Shown in pieces: positions 24,276 through 32,000 of a stretch of DNA of 32,000 bases. Position 1 is the first letter of the stretch; the number at the start of each line of letters is the position of its first letter. The notes below the pieces were generated by a model, which was not told the origin of the DNA, did not search any database, and worked only from the letters and a program-made list of their open reading frames with translations. Both the position numbers and the translations under genes were made by a program. The stretch comes from Candidatus Saccharimonadota bacterium (lineage in GTDB: Bacteria; Patescibacteriota; Gracilibacteria; UBA1369; 2-02-FULL-48-14), in NCBI GenBank assembly GCA_041661045.1, contig JBAZVE010000001.1, positions 300,001 to 332,000 of the forward strand, read 5' to 3'.

Positions 24276-26864
24276 ATGAAATACATTTATGCATTCGCGG
24301 AGGGAAACAAAGAGATGCGGGACCTTCTGGGCGGAAAAGGTGCAAATCTTGCAGAAATGACCAATATGGGACTTCCGGTGCCGCCGGGGTTCACCATCAC
24401 TACCGAGGCGTGCAATTACTATTTGGAGAATCAGGACTTCCCCACCGGGTTTTTTGAGGAACTGGATGAGAAGCTGGATGAACTGCAGCACACCATGGGA
24501 AAGAATTTTGGGAGCCGAGAAAATCCCTTGCTGGTCTCGGTACGCAGCGGAGCGCGTGTTTCGATGCCGGGCATGATGGACACGATTTTGAACCTTGGAC
24601 TCAACGATGAAACGGTGCAGGGCATCATTGAGAAAACGCAAAATCCGCGCTTTTCTTTTGATTCTTATCGCCGATTTGTGACCATGTTTGGCAATGTGGT
24701 GCTCAATATTCCTCATGATCATTTTGAAGAAGCTTTGGAGGCCGCCAAGAAGGCCAAAGGCATTACACTGGACACCGAAATGGACACTGAAGACTGGAAG
24801 AAACTTGTGGGTGTTTTTAAGGAGATTGTGAGGGAGAACAGTGGACAGCCTTTTCCTGAGAATCCACGGGATCAATTGAAGCTCGCCATTGTGGCGGTAT
24901 TCCATTCTTGGAACAGCAAACGGGCCATCACTTATCGCAATTTGCACGGCATGCCTCACAATATGGGGACCGCTGTGAATGTGCAGTCCATGGTGTTTGG
25001 AAACATGGGAGAAGACAGCGGAACCGGAGTGGCCTTCACTCGCAATCCTTCTACTGGAGAGCGCGAGTTTTTTGGAGAGTTTTTGTGCAACGCGCAAGGA
25101 GAAGATGTGGTGGCCGGGATTCGTACTCCTCAGAAAATTTCTGAAATGCAAACGGTGATGCCGGCCATGTTTGCACAATTGAACCAGGTTCAGCAAACTC
25201 TGGAAAATCACTATCACGACATGCAAGACATCGAGTTTACGATTGAGCAGGGACGACTCTTTATGCTGCAAACCCGCAATGGAAAGCGAACGGCACGGGC
25301 GGCGGTGAAAGTGGCGGTGGACATGGTTGCGGAAGGGCTCATCACCAAGCAGGAAGCCTTGAAACGCATCGATGCCAATCAATTGAACGCACTTTTACAC
25401 CCATTTATTGATCCCAAGGCTCCCAAAATCGTGCTGGCGAAAGGTTTGCCGGCTTCCCCAGGGGCCGCGGTTGGAAAAATTGTGTTTACCGCGGACGATG
25501 CCTACCGCTTAGCGGAAGACGGTGAAAAAGTGATTTTGGTGCGCAAGGAGACGAGCCCCGAAGACATTCATGGAATGCACAGCGCACAAGGAATTTTGAC
25601 CTCCACCGGAGGAATGACCAGTCACGCCGCGGTGGTGGCTCGAGGAATGGGAAAACCCTGCATTGCGGGCTGCAAAGAGGTAGTGGTGGACGACAAAATC
25701 AAAACCGTGGAAATCAATGGACAGGTTTTTGGAGAAGGTGAAGTCCTCAGTTTGGATGGCTCCACCGGAGAAGTGATGAAAGGCGAAATGCCCACCGTGG
25801 AACCCGCGCTCACCGGGGAATTTGAGGAACTCATGAGCTGGGCGGATGAAGTGCGACGACTCAAAGTGCGCAGCAACGCCGATACCCCTCATGACGCGCT
25901 CGTGGCCAGGCGGCTTGGGGCGGAAGGAATCGGACTCTGCCGCACGGAACACATGTTTTTTGATGAAGACCGCATCATGTTTGTGCGCCAAATGATTTTG
26001 TCTCCCGACAAAGAATCTCGCAAACGAGTGCTCGACAAGCTGCTCCCCTACCAACGCGATGACTTTATTGGCATTTTTAAGGCCATGGACGGCCTCCCCG
26101 TGACGATTAGGCTCCTAGACCCACCCTTGCATGAATTTTTGCCTAATACCGAAGGGAAAATCAAAGCGGTCGCGCAGGAAATGGGCGTTTCGTACGAACA
26201 CCTCCAAAAAATGGTGGACGCTTTGCACGAACTCAACCCCATGCTCGGGCATCGCGGATGCCGATTGGGAATCACTTATCCTGAAATTTACGAAATGCAG
26301 GTGCGAGCGATTTTTGAGGCCGCAAAAATGGCCCGCGCTGAAGGCGTGACGCCGATTGTGGAAATTGAGATTCCGCTTGTGGGCCATGTGAACGAGCTCA
26401 AGGCCATGCGCGGCGTTGTGGAACGGATTGCACAAGAAATGCAGCCTTTGGATTTTGTTTGGAAAGTGGGCACCATGATTGAGTTGCCACGAGCGTGCGT
26501 AACGGCGCATCAAATTGCTCCGCTGGCGGACTTTTTCTCCTTTGGAACCAATGATCTCACTCAAATGACTTTTGGGGTGAGTCGGGATGATGCCGGGTCC
26601 TTCCTCCCCTTTTACACGGAACACGGTATTTTGCTGGACAACCCCACCGAAACCATTGATCAAGAAGGGGTTGGAGAGCTCATGAAAATGGCGATTCAAC
26701 TGGGCCGCGGCGTGAAGCCGGGCCTGGAAATTGGGATTTGTGGAGAACACGGAGGTGAACCGCGCAGTGTGGTGTTCTGCCACAAAATCGGCCTCGACTA
26801 TGTGAGCTGCAGCCCCTACCGTGTACCGGTTGCACGACTCGCCGCGGCCCAAGCGGCCCTTTAG
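24276..26864 (+). CDS. ppdK: Pyruvate, phosphate dikinase
   Basis: The N-terminal ATP-grasp region reads GGKGANLAEMTNMGLPVPPGFTI. The phospho-histidine swivel motif is TSTGGMTSHAAVVARGMGKPC. The PEP/pyruvate domain has LCRTEHMFF, NDLTQMTFG and GICGEHGGEP. The length (862 aa) is typical. Confidence 0.97.
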   Translation: MKYIYAFAEGNKEMRDLLGGKGANLAEMTNMGLPVPPGFTITTEACNYYLENQDFPTGFFEELDEKLDELQHTMGKNFGSRENPLLVSVRSGARVSMPGMMDTILNLGLNDETVQGIIEKTQNPRFSFDSYRRFVTMFGNVVLNIPHDHFEEALEAAKKAKGITLDTEMDTEDWKKLVGVFKEIVRENSGQPFPENPRDQLKLAIVAVFHSWNSKRAITYRNLHGMPHNMGTAVNVQSMVFGNMGEDSGTGVAFTRNPSTGEREFFGEFLCNAQGEDVVAGIRTPQKISEMQTVMPAMFAQLNQVQQTLENHYHDMQDIEFTIEQGRLFMLQTRNGKRTARAAVKVAVDMVAEGLITKQEALKRIDANQLNALLHPFIDPKAPKIVLAKGLPASPGAAVGKIVFTADDAYRLAEDGEKVILVRKETSPEDIHGMHSAQGILTSTGGMTSHAAVVARGMGKPCIAGCKEVVVDDKIKTVEINGQVFGEGEVLSLDGSTGEVMKGEMPTVEPALTGEFEELMSWADEVRRLKVRSNADTPHDALVARRLGAEGIGLCRTEHMFFDEDRIMFVRQMILSPDKESRKRVLDKLLPYQRDDFIGIFKAMDGLPVTIRLLDPPLHEFLPNTEGKIKAVAQEMGVSYEHLQKMVDALHELNPMLGHRGCRLGITYPEIYEMQVRAIFEAAKMARAEGVTPIVEIEIPLVGHVNELKAMRGVVERIAQEMQPLDFVWKVGTMIELPRACVTAHQIAPLADFFSFGTNDLTQMTFGVSRDDAGSFLPFYTEHGILLDNPTETIDQEGVGELMKMAIQLGRGVKPGLEIGICGEHGGEPRSVVFCHKIGLDYVSCSPYRVPVARLAAAQAAL

Positions 26865-27775
26865 CCTCGCTTTCCCCAACCGAGTTTGTCGCGGAGCAAA
26901 CGGTAATAGTTTCCTCCCCCGCTGGCTTTGACATGGGCGCGGATGAGGCGGAGGCGGCGGTGTGAGGCGCGGACTTTGACGATGTCGCCGTACTCGATGG
27001 GGACCATGACTTGGCCATCGATGGTGAGTCCGATTTGGTTGTCCACAAAACGGCGTTCGGTGTCTATACGAATCGTGATTTGGCGGTTGCTGGGCACAAT
27101 GATGGGGCGCACGGTGAGATCGGCGGGACAGATTGGGGTGAAGACAAATCCATCGATACGCGGGTGAATGATGGGGCCGCCGGCGCTGAGGGAATGACCG
27201 GTGGATCCCGTGGGGGTGGCCACAATCACTCCATCGGCCTTGAACTCAATCATCTTTCTTTGGTCTATTTCCGCGTAGAGCGAGATGAGTCTGGCAAAGT
27301 TGCCCTGATTGATCACCGCCTCGTTTAGAGCCAAATGCGTGGCGATTTTTTCTCCTTTTCGGTAGAGGGTGGCGCGAAGTAAAAGGCGCTCATCGACATG
27401 ATACTGTCCACGAAAGATTTCATTCAAAAGGTTGTAGACTCGTTTGGGGTCTTGCACTTCGGTATTGAAGCCCAGTGTCCCAAGATTCACACCCAGTACA
27501 AAAAGGTTGCGACGAAGGGGCAGCTCGCGCACCACTTTGAGCAGTGTCCCGTCTCCCCCAAGGCTGAGCACCAAATCGGCATCTTTTAAAAGCTGCTGAC
27601 AGGTCCTTTCATTCTTTGCCCCAAGAATTTTTGAGACATGAACATCCCAAAAAACGGTGAGGCCTTTTTTGTCCAAATAGGCTTTAAGTTCTTTCACAAA
27701 AGCACGGTCTTCCTCCATTTTTGCGCGGCCCACTAAGGCTATTCGCTGGAATTTTTGCGGGGTTTTTGCTTTCAT
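26861..27775 (-). CDS. nadK: NAD(+) kinase
   Basis: GGDGTLL, NLGTLGF and VATPTGSTGHSLSAGGPIIHP are canonical NadK/PpnK motifs. Confidence 0.93.
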   Translation of the reverse strand: MKAKTPQKFQRIALVGRAKMEEDRAFVKELKAYLDKKGLTVFWDVHVSKILGAKNERTCQQLLKDADLVLSLGGDGTLLKVVRELPLRRNLFVLGVNLGTLGFNTEVQDPKRVYNLLNEIFRGQYHVDERLLLRATLYRKGEKIATHLALNEAVINQGNFARLISLYAEIDQRKMIEFKADGVIVATPTGSTGHSLSAGGPIIHPRIDGFVFTPICPADLTVRPIIVPSNRQITIRIDTERRFVDNQIGLTIDGQVMVPIEYGDIVKVRASHRRLRLIRAHVKASGGGNYYRLLRDKLGWGKRG

Positions 27776-27809
27776 GTAAGCTGATTATATTCGCTTCACG
27801 GCGCTTTGC

Positions 27810-28922
27810 ATGAAAACTTTACCTAAAATGCGCATCCTTGTCACTCGCTTTCCTTACGAGTCTCGGTTTGGCGGTGAAGAAGTTCATACTCTGCGACTCA
27901 TGGAGGAATTGGATGAACGGGGGCATGAAGCTTTTTTCTTGGGCTCCTGTCCGGTTTTGCTCAGGGAATTTAAGGCACGGGGTTTTACCGTAAAGCGCGC
28001 CGGCCTTGGGAAGCCTCCCGTCACGAAAATGAGTTTGTTGGCCTTCACGGCAGCGGCCCCCTTTTTATTTTTGCGAGCGGGGGTGATGCTGGCGCGGGCG
28101 CGGAAGCGATGGGGCGTGGACACGGTGTTTATGCTTTCGTTTGGTGAGAAACTTTTGATGACGCCGTGGGCTCATTTTTTTGGAATGAAGGTGCTGTGGC
28201 TCGAACATGCACGCATAGGAAATTGGCTCACAAAAAATCCGTGGAGGGGGGTGTATCGATGGCTCTCGGCATGGGCGACGGTGGTGGTGACTTCCCACGC
28301 GATGGTGAAATTTATTTCGCCGTGGGCGAAGGAGGTGGTAGCGATTCCGTGTGCGGTTATGCTGGATGAAGCGCGTCCCCTACCGGCTGAAATTTCGGCG
28401 TTTTTGAGGGGAGGGTTTTCGGTGGGCAGTGTGGCCCGTTTGACAGCAGACAAGGGAGTGGACATCCTCGTCCATCTTGTCGACTCCAAACCTGATGTTA
28501 GACTCATAATCGTTGGCGAAGGCCCCCTTCGAAAGGCGCTGGAGAACAAGCTCGCGGGTGGACAAATTTTGCTCGTTCCAAGCCTCCCCCGTGGACAGTT
28601 GACCAGCCTTTATAAGGCGCTGGATTTGTTCGTTTTGGCATCGACCGAAATGGATCCGTTTGGCATGGTGGCGGCGGAGGCCATGAGCATGGGAACCGCG
28701 GTGATGATGACAAATAAATGTGGAATTTCCGAGGACCTTGTTGCCGGCCGCGACGCGTTGATCGTGGAGCCGAAACGAAGCGAACTCGACAAGGCTTTAA
28801 AAAAAGTGATGCGGCATCCGGAGCTTTTGCGCGAGCTGGGCGAACACGGAAAACACTTCGTTGAAAAACACTATCGGCTGGAGAGCATGGTGAGGAAGTT
28901 TGAGGCGTTGTTACAGAGCTGA
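27810..28922 (+). CDS. Glycosyltransferase, GT4 (GT-B) family
   Basis: The N-terminus is RILVTRFPYESRFGGEEVHTLRL. The C-terminal half reads GSVARLTADKGVDILV...IVGEGP...LFVLASTEMDPFGMVAAEAMSMGTAVMMTN (E-x7-E-like motif). Confidence 0.85.
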   Translation: MKTLPKMRILVTRFPYESRFGGEEVHTLRLMEELDERGHEAFFLGSCPVLLREFKARGFTVKRAGLGKPPVTKMSLLAFTAAAPFLFLRAGVMLARARKRWGVDTVFMLSFGEKLLMTPWAHFFGMKVLWLEHARIGNWLTKNPWRGVYRWLSAWATVVVTSHAMVKFISPWAKEVVAIPCAVMLDEARPLPAEISAFLRGGFSVGSVARLTADKGVDILVHLVDSKPDVRLIIVGEGPLRKALENKLAGGQILLVPSLPRGQLTSLYKALDLFVLASTEMDPFGMVAAEAMSMGTAVMMTNKCGISEDLVAGRDALIVEPKRSELDKALKKVMRHPELLRELGEHGKHFVEKHYRLESMVRKFEALLQS

Positions 28923-28924
28923 CT

Positions 28925-30001
28925 CTAGCTCAGCTGTTTCAAAATCTGCTGGGCGGAGGCTTTCCATGAAAAGTGGCGGGCGCGAGTGAGGCCGAGTTTT
29001 TGGAGAGCGATTTTTTGCGCGGGTTCGAGGGCGGTGAGGATGGACTGGGCGAGCGCCTGAGCATCGTGTGGATCAAAAAGCAGGGCGGCCTCCCCCACCA
29101 CTTCCGGCAAAGAGGCGGCGTTGCTACTCACCACGGGACAGGTGCAAGCCATGGCCTCAAGCGGCGGGATTCCAAAACCTTCGTACAGGGATGGGCAGAC
29201 CAGCATTTCCGCCCGGGAATACAGTTCGTTGAGCTGATCGGCGGACACAAATCCCAGCAGATGAATGCGGTCTTTTAAAAGAACGGGGATGGCGCTTTGG
29301 ACTTGCTTTGTTTTCCATCCTTTTGCCCCGGCCAGCACAATGTGCAGATCCGGCTCCTTCTCAAGAACCTCGGGGAAAGCCTTAAAGAGCAGTTGGAAGT
29401 TTTTTCTTGGACTCAGGGTGCCCACTCCAAGAAGGTAACGAACGGGAAGATCCATTTTTTGTGATTCGACCTTGTGCACCTCGGGCGAAACCGCGGGGGG
29501 CGCAATGAGCACGGTTTTTTTGTGGGCCTCCGGGAACAGTGTGGCGAGGTCTCTGGCCGTGTTTTGGGACACGCACACAATAAAGCGGCTGTGGCGAATG
29601 GCGCGGGAAAGGGTGAGCCGTTCCACCAAACAAGGAAACCAGGCGTGAGTTTTGGCGTACAAAAAGGCAATGAGATCGTGCACCACAATGGCCACTTTTT
29701 GGGATTTGGGGGCGAAAGCCGCGTAAATGAAGCTGGTGGGGGCCAAAAAAAGATCCACCGGATGTCGTTTGAGGTATCGTGCCACCTGAAGATGCCACAA
29801 GGGTCCCCTGCCCTGCACCACCACCTGACTGACGCGATCCGTGGATGGGAAAGAAGGGTTTGGGGTCTTTGTAAACAAGAGAAGATGCAAATCCTTTGGG
29901 GCGTTTTCGATCAAGGCTTTGGTGAGTTCCAGGGTGTATCTCCCCTTTCCCGCTCCGCTTTCGTTGGCCTCTCTTATGTCGATTCCTAATATTGTTGCCA
30001 T
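28925..30001 (-). CDS. Glycosyltransferase, GT4 (GT-B) family
   Basis: ILGIDIREANESGAGKGRYT is at the N-terminus. LLGVGTLSPRKNFQLL...LVCPSLYEGFGIPPLEAMACTCPVVSSNAASLPEVVG is a classic GT4 donor-binding region. Confidence 0.87.
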   Translation of the reverse strand: MATILGIDIREANESGAGKGRYTLELTKALIENAPKDLHLLLFTKTPNPSFPSTDRVSQVVVQGRGPLWHLQVARYLKRHPVDLFLAPTSFIYAAFAPKSQKVAIVVHDLIAFLYAKTHAWFPCLVERLTLSRAIRHSRFIVCVSQNTARDLATLFPEAHKKTVLIAPPAVSPEVHKVESQKMDLPVRYLLGVGTLSPRKNFQLLFKAFPEVLEKEPDLHIVLAGAKGWKTKQVQSAIPVLLKDRIHLLGFVSADQLNELYSRAEMLVCPSLYEGFGIPPLEAMACTCPVVSSNAASLPEVVGEAALLFDPHDAQALAQSILTALEPAQKIALQKLGLTRARHFSWKASAQQILKQLS

Positions 30002-30046
30002 GGGGGCTGTGCTTTGATAGATTGTTTATACCATTTCCCCGTCATT

Positions 30047-30820
30047 ATGTCGCTAACTCAAAGGCTTAAACAAGGCTTTCTACGATTACCTTCCGCTAAG
30101 AAGCTCATTTTGGTGTCCAGTTTCACCCTGGCGGTGAGCACGGTGATGCCTTGGTATGACCAAAGAAACAATTTTGGAGTCGGGGATACTTTCCTCGGGA
30201 TTCAAGGACCTTTGTTTGCGGTTGGATTTCTTGTGCTGGGTTGCGCCTTGGTTAGTTTTTCGAATCTCTTTTTACCTTTAATGGGACGCCATTTCTTTGA
30301 TTTGAAGCGACAAAGCGGATCTTTGGCCCTCTCCCTGGGAGGACTTTCTCTGCTTTTGATTTTAGTGGCCAATTCTGTGTTTTATCACCCTGAATTTGCA
30401 GTGACCATCAACAATAAGGGCACTCGATTTGGAATGGTGGCGGCGTTCATCTCCATTGGAGCTCTGATGATTTCGGGCTGGTGGGTTCGTCGCAAAGAAA
30501 AAGCCGGCGGCGGTATGGAGGACCGAGAGAATGAACTGGAAGATTTTATGGCAACTCCTGTGGCACCTGCGCCCATGCCAAGCTATTCGGTGCCCACTCC
30601 CAGCTATGTTGTGCCTGTGCAAGATCGCATCCCTCAGCCTCAAGTTCAGCCTGCGCCTCAAGCTCAGGTGCCTGTGGATCCTTTGACTTTGGATGCCCGT
30701 ACTCGCTACAAAATGATGAAATCTCAAGGTCACTACAGCTCTTCGGCCCGCAATAATTTGTGGGGCAGCGGCAGTGGCAGCGCGTTTGGACGACAAGCTC
30801 GCATTGAAGAAGATCTCTAA
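30047..30820 (+). CDS. Membrane protein (about 4 TM segments) with a Pro/Gln-rich cytoplasmic tail; unknown function
   Basis: The hydrophobic segments are LILVSSFTLAVSTV, LFAVGFLVLGCALVSF, LALSLGGLSLLLILVA and FGMVAAFISIGALMISGWWV. The tail reads PAPMPSYSVPTPSYVVPVQDRIPQPQVQPAPQAQVP. I preferred the ATG at 30047 over the TTG at 30014. Confidence 0.6.
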   Translation: MSLTQRLKQGFLRLPSAKKLILVSSFTLAVSTVMPWYDQRNNFGVGDTFLGIQGPLFAVGFLVLGCALVSFSNLFLPLMGRHFFDLKRQSGSLALSLGGLSLLLILVANSVFYHPEFAVTINNKGTRFGMVAAFISIGALMISGWWVRRKEKAGGGMEDRENELEDFMATPVAPAPMPSYSVPTPSYVVPVQDRIPQPQVQPAPQAQVPVDPLTLDARTRYKMMKSQGHYSSSARNNLWGSGSGSAFGRQARIEEDL

Positions 30821-30832
30821 TTCTAATTTTTC

Positions 30833-31006
30833 ATGAGTGTCCTGTTTTACTGTCGAGACTGCAAAAAGCTGGTGGCGGAGCCTGTTCGCAACGGCACAAA
30901 ATATGAGTACAGTTGCCCGGAATGCAAGAGCGACCGTGTGGCCTTTGGAAGTCAAAAAGCCATTTGTGATTTCTTTCAAGTAACTCCTCCAAAGACCAAT
31001 GCTTGA
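30833..31006 (+). CDS. 57-aa zinc-ribbon protein (CxxC...CxxC)
   Basis: This is a hand translation; the ORF is below the track's size cut-off. The product is MSVLFYCRDCKKLVAEPVRNGTKYEYSCPECKSDRVAFGSQKAICDFFQVTPPKTNA. It has two CxxC knuckles 17 residues apart. It starts 12 nt after the previous stop, and its stop overlaps the next gene's ATG (ATGCTTGA). Confidence 0.5.
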   Translation: MSVLFYCRDCKKLVAEPVRNGTKYEYSCPECKSDRVAFGSQKAICDFFQVTPPKTNA

Positions 31007-32000
31007 TCAAGTCGACTACTCCGTTCTCGACCGCGCCAAAAATGCCTTTATTGAGGCCAGCAAGAAGACGGCCGGGTTTGCGGCGGGTTTTGGGTCTATG
31101 GCGGGTGGTTTTGGCGGCAGCGCCAATGTGTTTGCGCTCGACTTGAAGGCCTTTGCCGGAGCAGAAACATTGTTTGTGTCGCTGCTTCCCGAGGGGCTTG
31201 GCACCGCGGATGACGCACGGCCCGACGATTTGAGCCCCGCGGAGCTGGTGCGGTTTTGGCGAAATATTGGCGGTAAAACGATGTCGACTTTAACAAATGA
31301 CGCGGCTTCTTCCGGGATGCAGACGGTTTTGATCTCTCTTTATTTGCCCTCGGCTCTGCCCGAGCGCGTGTTCACCACCGAATTTATGGAGGGCTTTTTG
31401 GATGGGTTTGTGGAAGGATGTCGAAAGGTCGGTTGTGTCTACTTTTCAGGAGAAACGCCGCAGCTCAAAGGGAAAATAGTGGACGGAGCTTTGGACATTG
31501 CCGGGGCGCTGTGGGGCGTGGTTCCTGCGGGACTTCAACCCGTGAATTCGAGCACCATGCGGGCCGGGGATTTGATTGTATTTGTGGAAAGCAGCGGACC
31601 TCATGAAAACGGGTTCACGGCTTTGCGTGACTTGGCGGGGAACTTGGAAGGCGGGTATCGAGCGAAACTCCCGAGCGGCATGGAATACTGGGAAGCGATC
31701 AACCAGCCCGGGCATTTGTACACTCCCTTTGTGCAGGCTGTTTTGAAGGCAGGTGTGCAGCCCTCCAATGTGGAGCCCATCACCGGTCACGGTTGGCAAA
31801 AACTGATGCGTCCGCACGGGGCTTTTAGATATAAGATCACGCAGATGCTTCCGGTCCCGGAGGTGTTTACCTTTGTTGAAGAAGCGAGTGGCATGACGAA
31901 GGAAGAGATGCTGAAGACCTTTAATTACGGCGTGGGCATGGCGGTGTTTGTGCACACTGCGGAGGAAGCGGCTCGCGTTGTTGAACTGGCGGGCGAACAA
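30999..32000 (+). CDS. PurM-superfamily (AIR synthase-related) protein, divergent; 3' end beyond the window
   Basis: I translated 334 codons by hand with no stop. SSGPHENGFTAL matches PurM SSGPHSNGYSL. TFNYGVGMAVFV matches TFNCGVGM. SGETPQLKG matches GGETAEMPG. The N-terminal DG(V/I)GTK motif instead reads PEGLGTADD. It is not in the track because it has no in-window stop. Confidence 0.8.
   Translation, partial: MLDQVDYSVLDRAKNAFIEASKKTAGFAAGFGSMAGGFGGSANVFALDLKAFAGAETLFVSLLPEGLGTADDARPDDLSPAELVRFWRNIGGKTMSTLTNDAASSGMQTVLISLYLPSALPERVFTTEFMEGFLDGFVEGCRKVGCVYFSGETPQLKGKIVDGALDIAGALWGVVPAGLQPVNSSTMRAGDLIVFVESSGPHENGFTALRDLAGNLEGGYRAKLPSGMEYWEAINQPGHLYTPFVQAVLKAGVQPSNVEPITGHGWQKLMRPHGAFRYKITQMLPVPEVFTFVEEASGMTKEEMLKTFNYGVGMAVFVHTAEEAARVVELAGEQ

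Noticed and set aside
1-32000. Possible alternative genetic code (UGA recoding, as in Gracilibacteria/SR1), considered given the streamlined look of the locus.
   Set aside because: TGA ends pgeF (9003-9005), the GT4 gene (28920-28922) and the HTH gene at positions matching full-length homologues. No conserved gene shows an in-frame TGA, so the standard code 11 fits.

Overview
This is a gene-dense bacterial chromosomal window. It uses the standard genetic code: TAA, TAG and TGA all terminate well-supported genes. I can support about 24 coding regions and 2 tRNAs. Two of the coding regions are missing from the ORF track: an edge-truncated minus-strand gene at 1..786, and a 57-aa zinc-ribbon ORF at 30833..31006. 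A third, an edge-truncated PurM-like gene at 30999..32000, also has no in-window stop. Confident housekeeping genes are lspA, aroE, an SPFH/band-7 protein, a PgeF/YfiH-type protein, a DUF1385 protein, metK, dnaJ, ppdK, nadK and three GT4-type glycosyltransferases. tRNA-Glu(CUC) and tRNA-Lys(UUU) are also clear. Four regions are not ordinary. (1) A two-gene minus-strand unit at 1..5315 encodes a 1505-aa, C-terminally membrane-anchored repeat protein with no recognisable catalytic motif, plus a Gly/Pro/Lys-rich partner. (2) An envelope locus at 13176..20671 carries two secreted SLH-domain proteins, one with SLH repeats at the C-terminus and one (1581 aa) with them at the N-terminus, flanking a TPR lipoprotein. 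(3) Four direct 16-bp repeats (TTTGACTAGTCGGAAT) and one inverted intragenic copy surround a small excisionase-type HTH gene at 23504..23955. (4) One gene fuses a GT4 glycosyltransferase to a possibly degenerate deacetylase-like domain. Start codons across the window lack Shine-Dalgarno motifs. Two convergent gene pairs share overlapping stop codons with no terminator. These traits suggest a streamlined genome, possibly of the CPR/Peregrinibacteria type, but that is only a guess because no taxonomic marker is present. I saw no CRISPR array, transposase, integrase or rRNA. All product calls come from reading motifs by eye; no database search was run.
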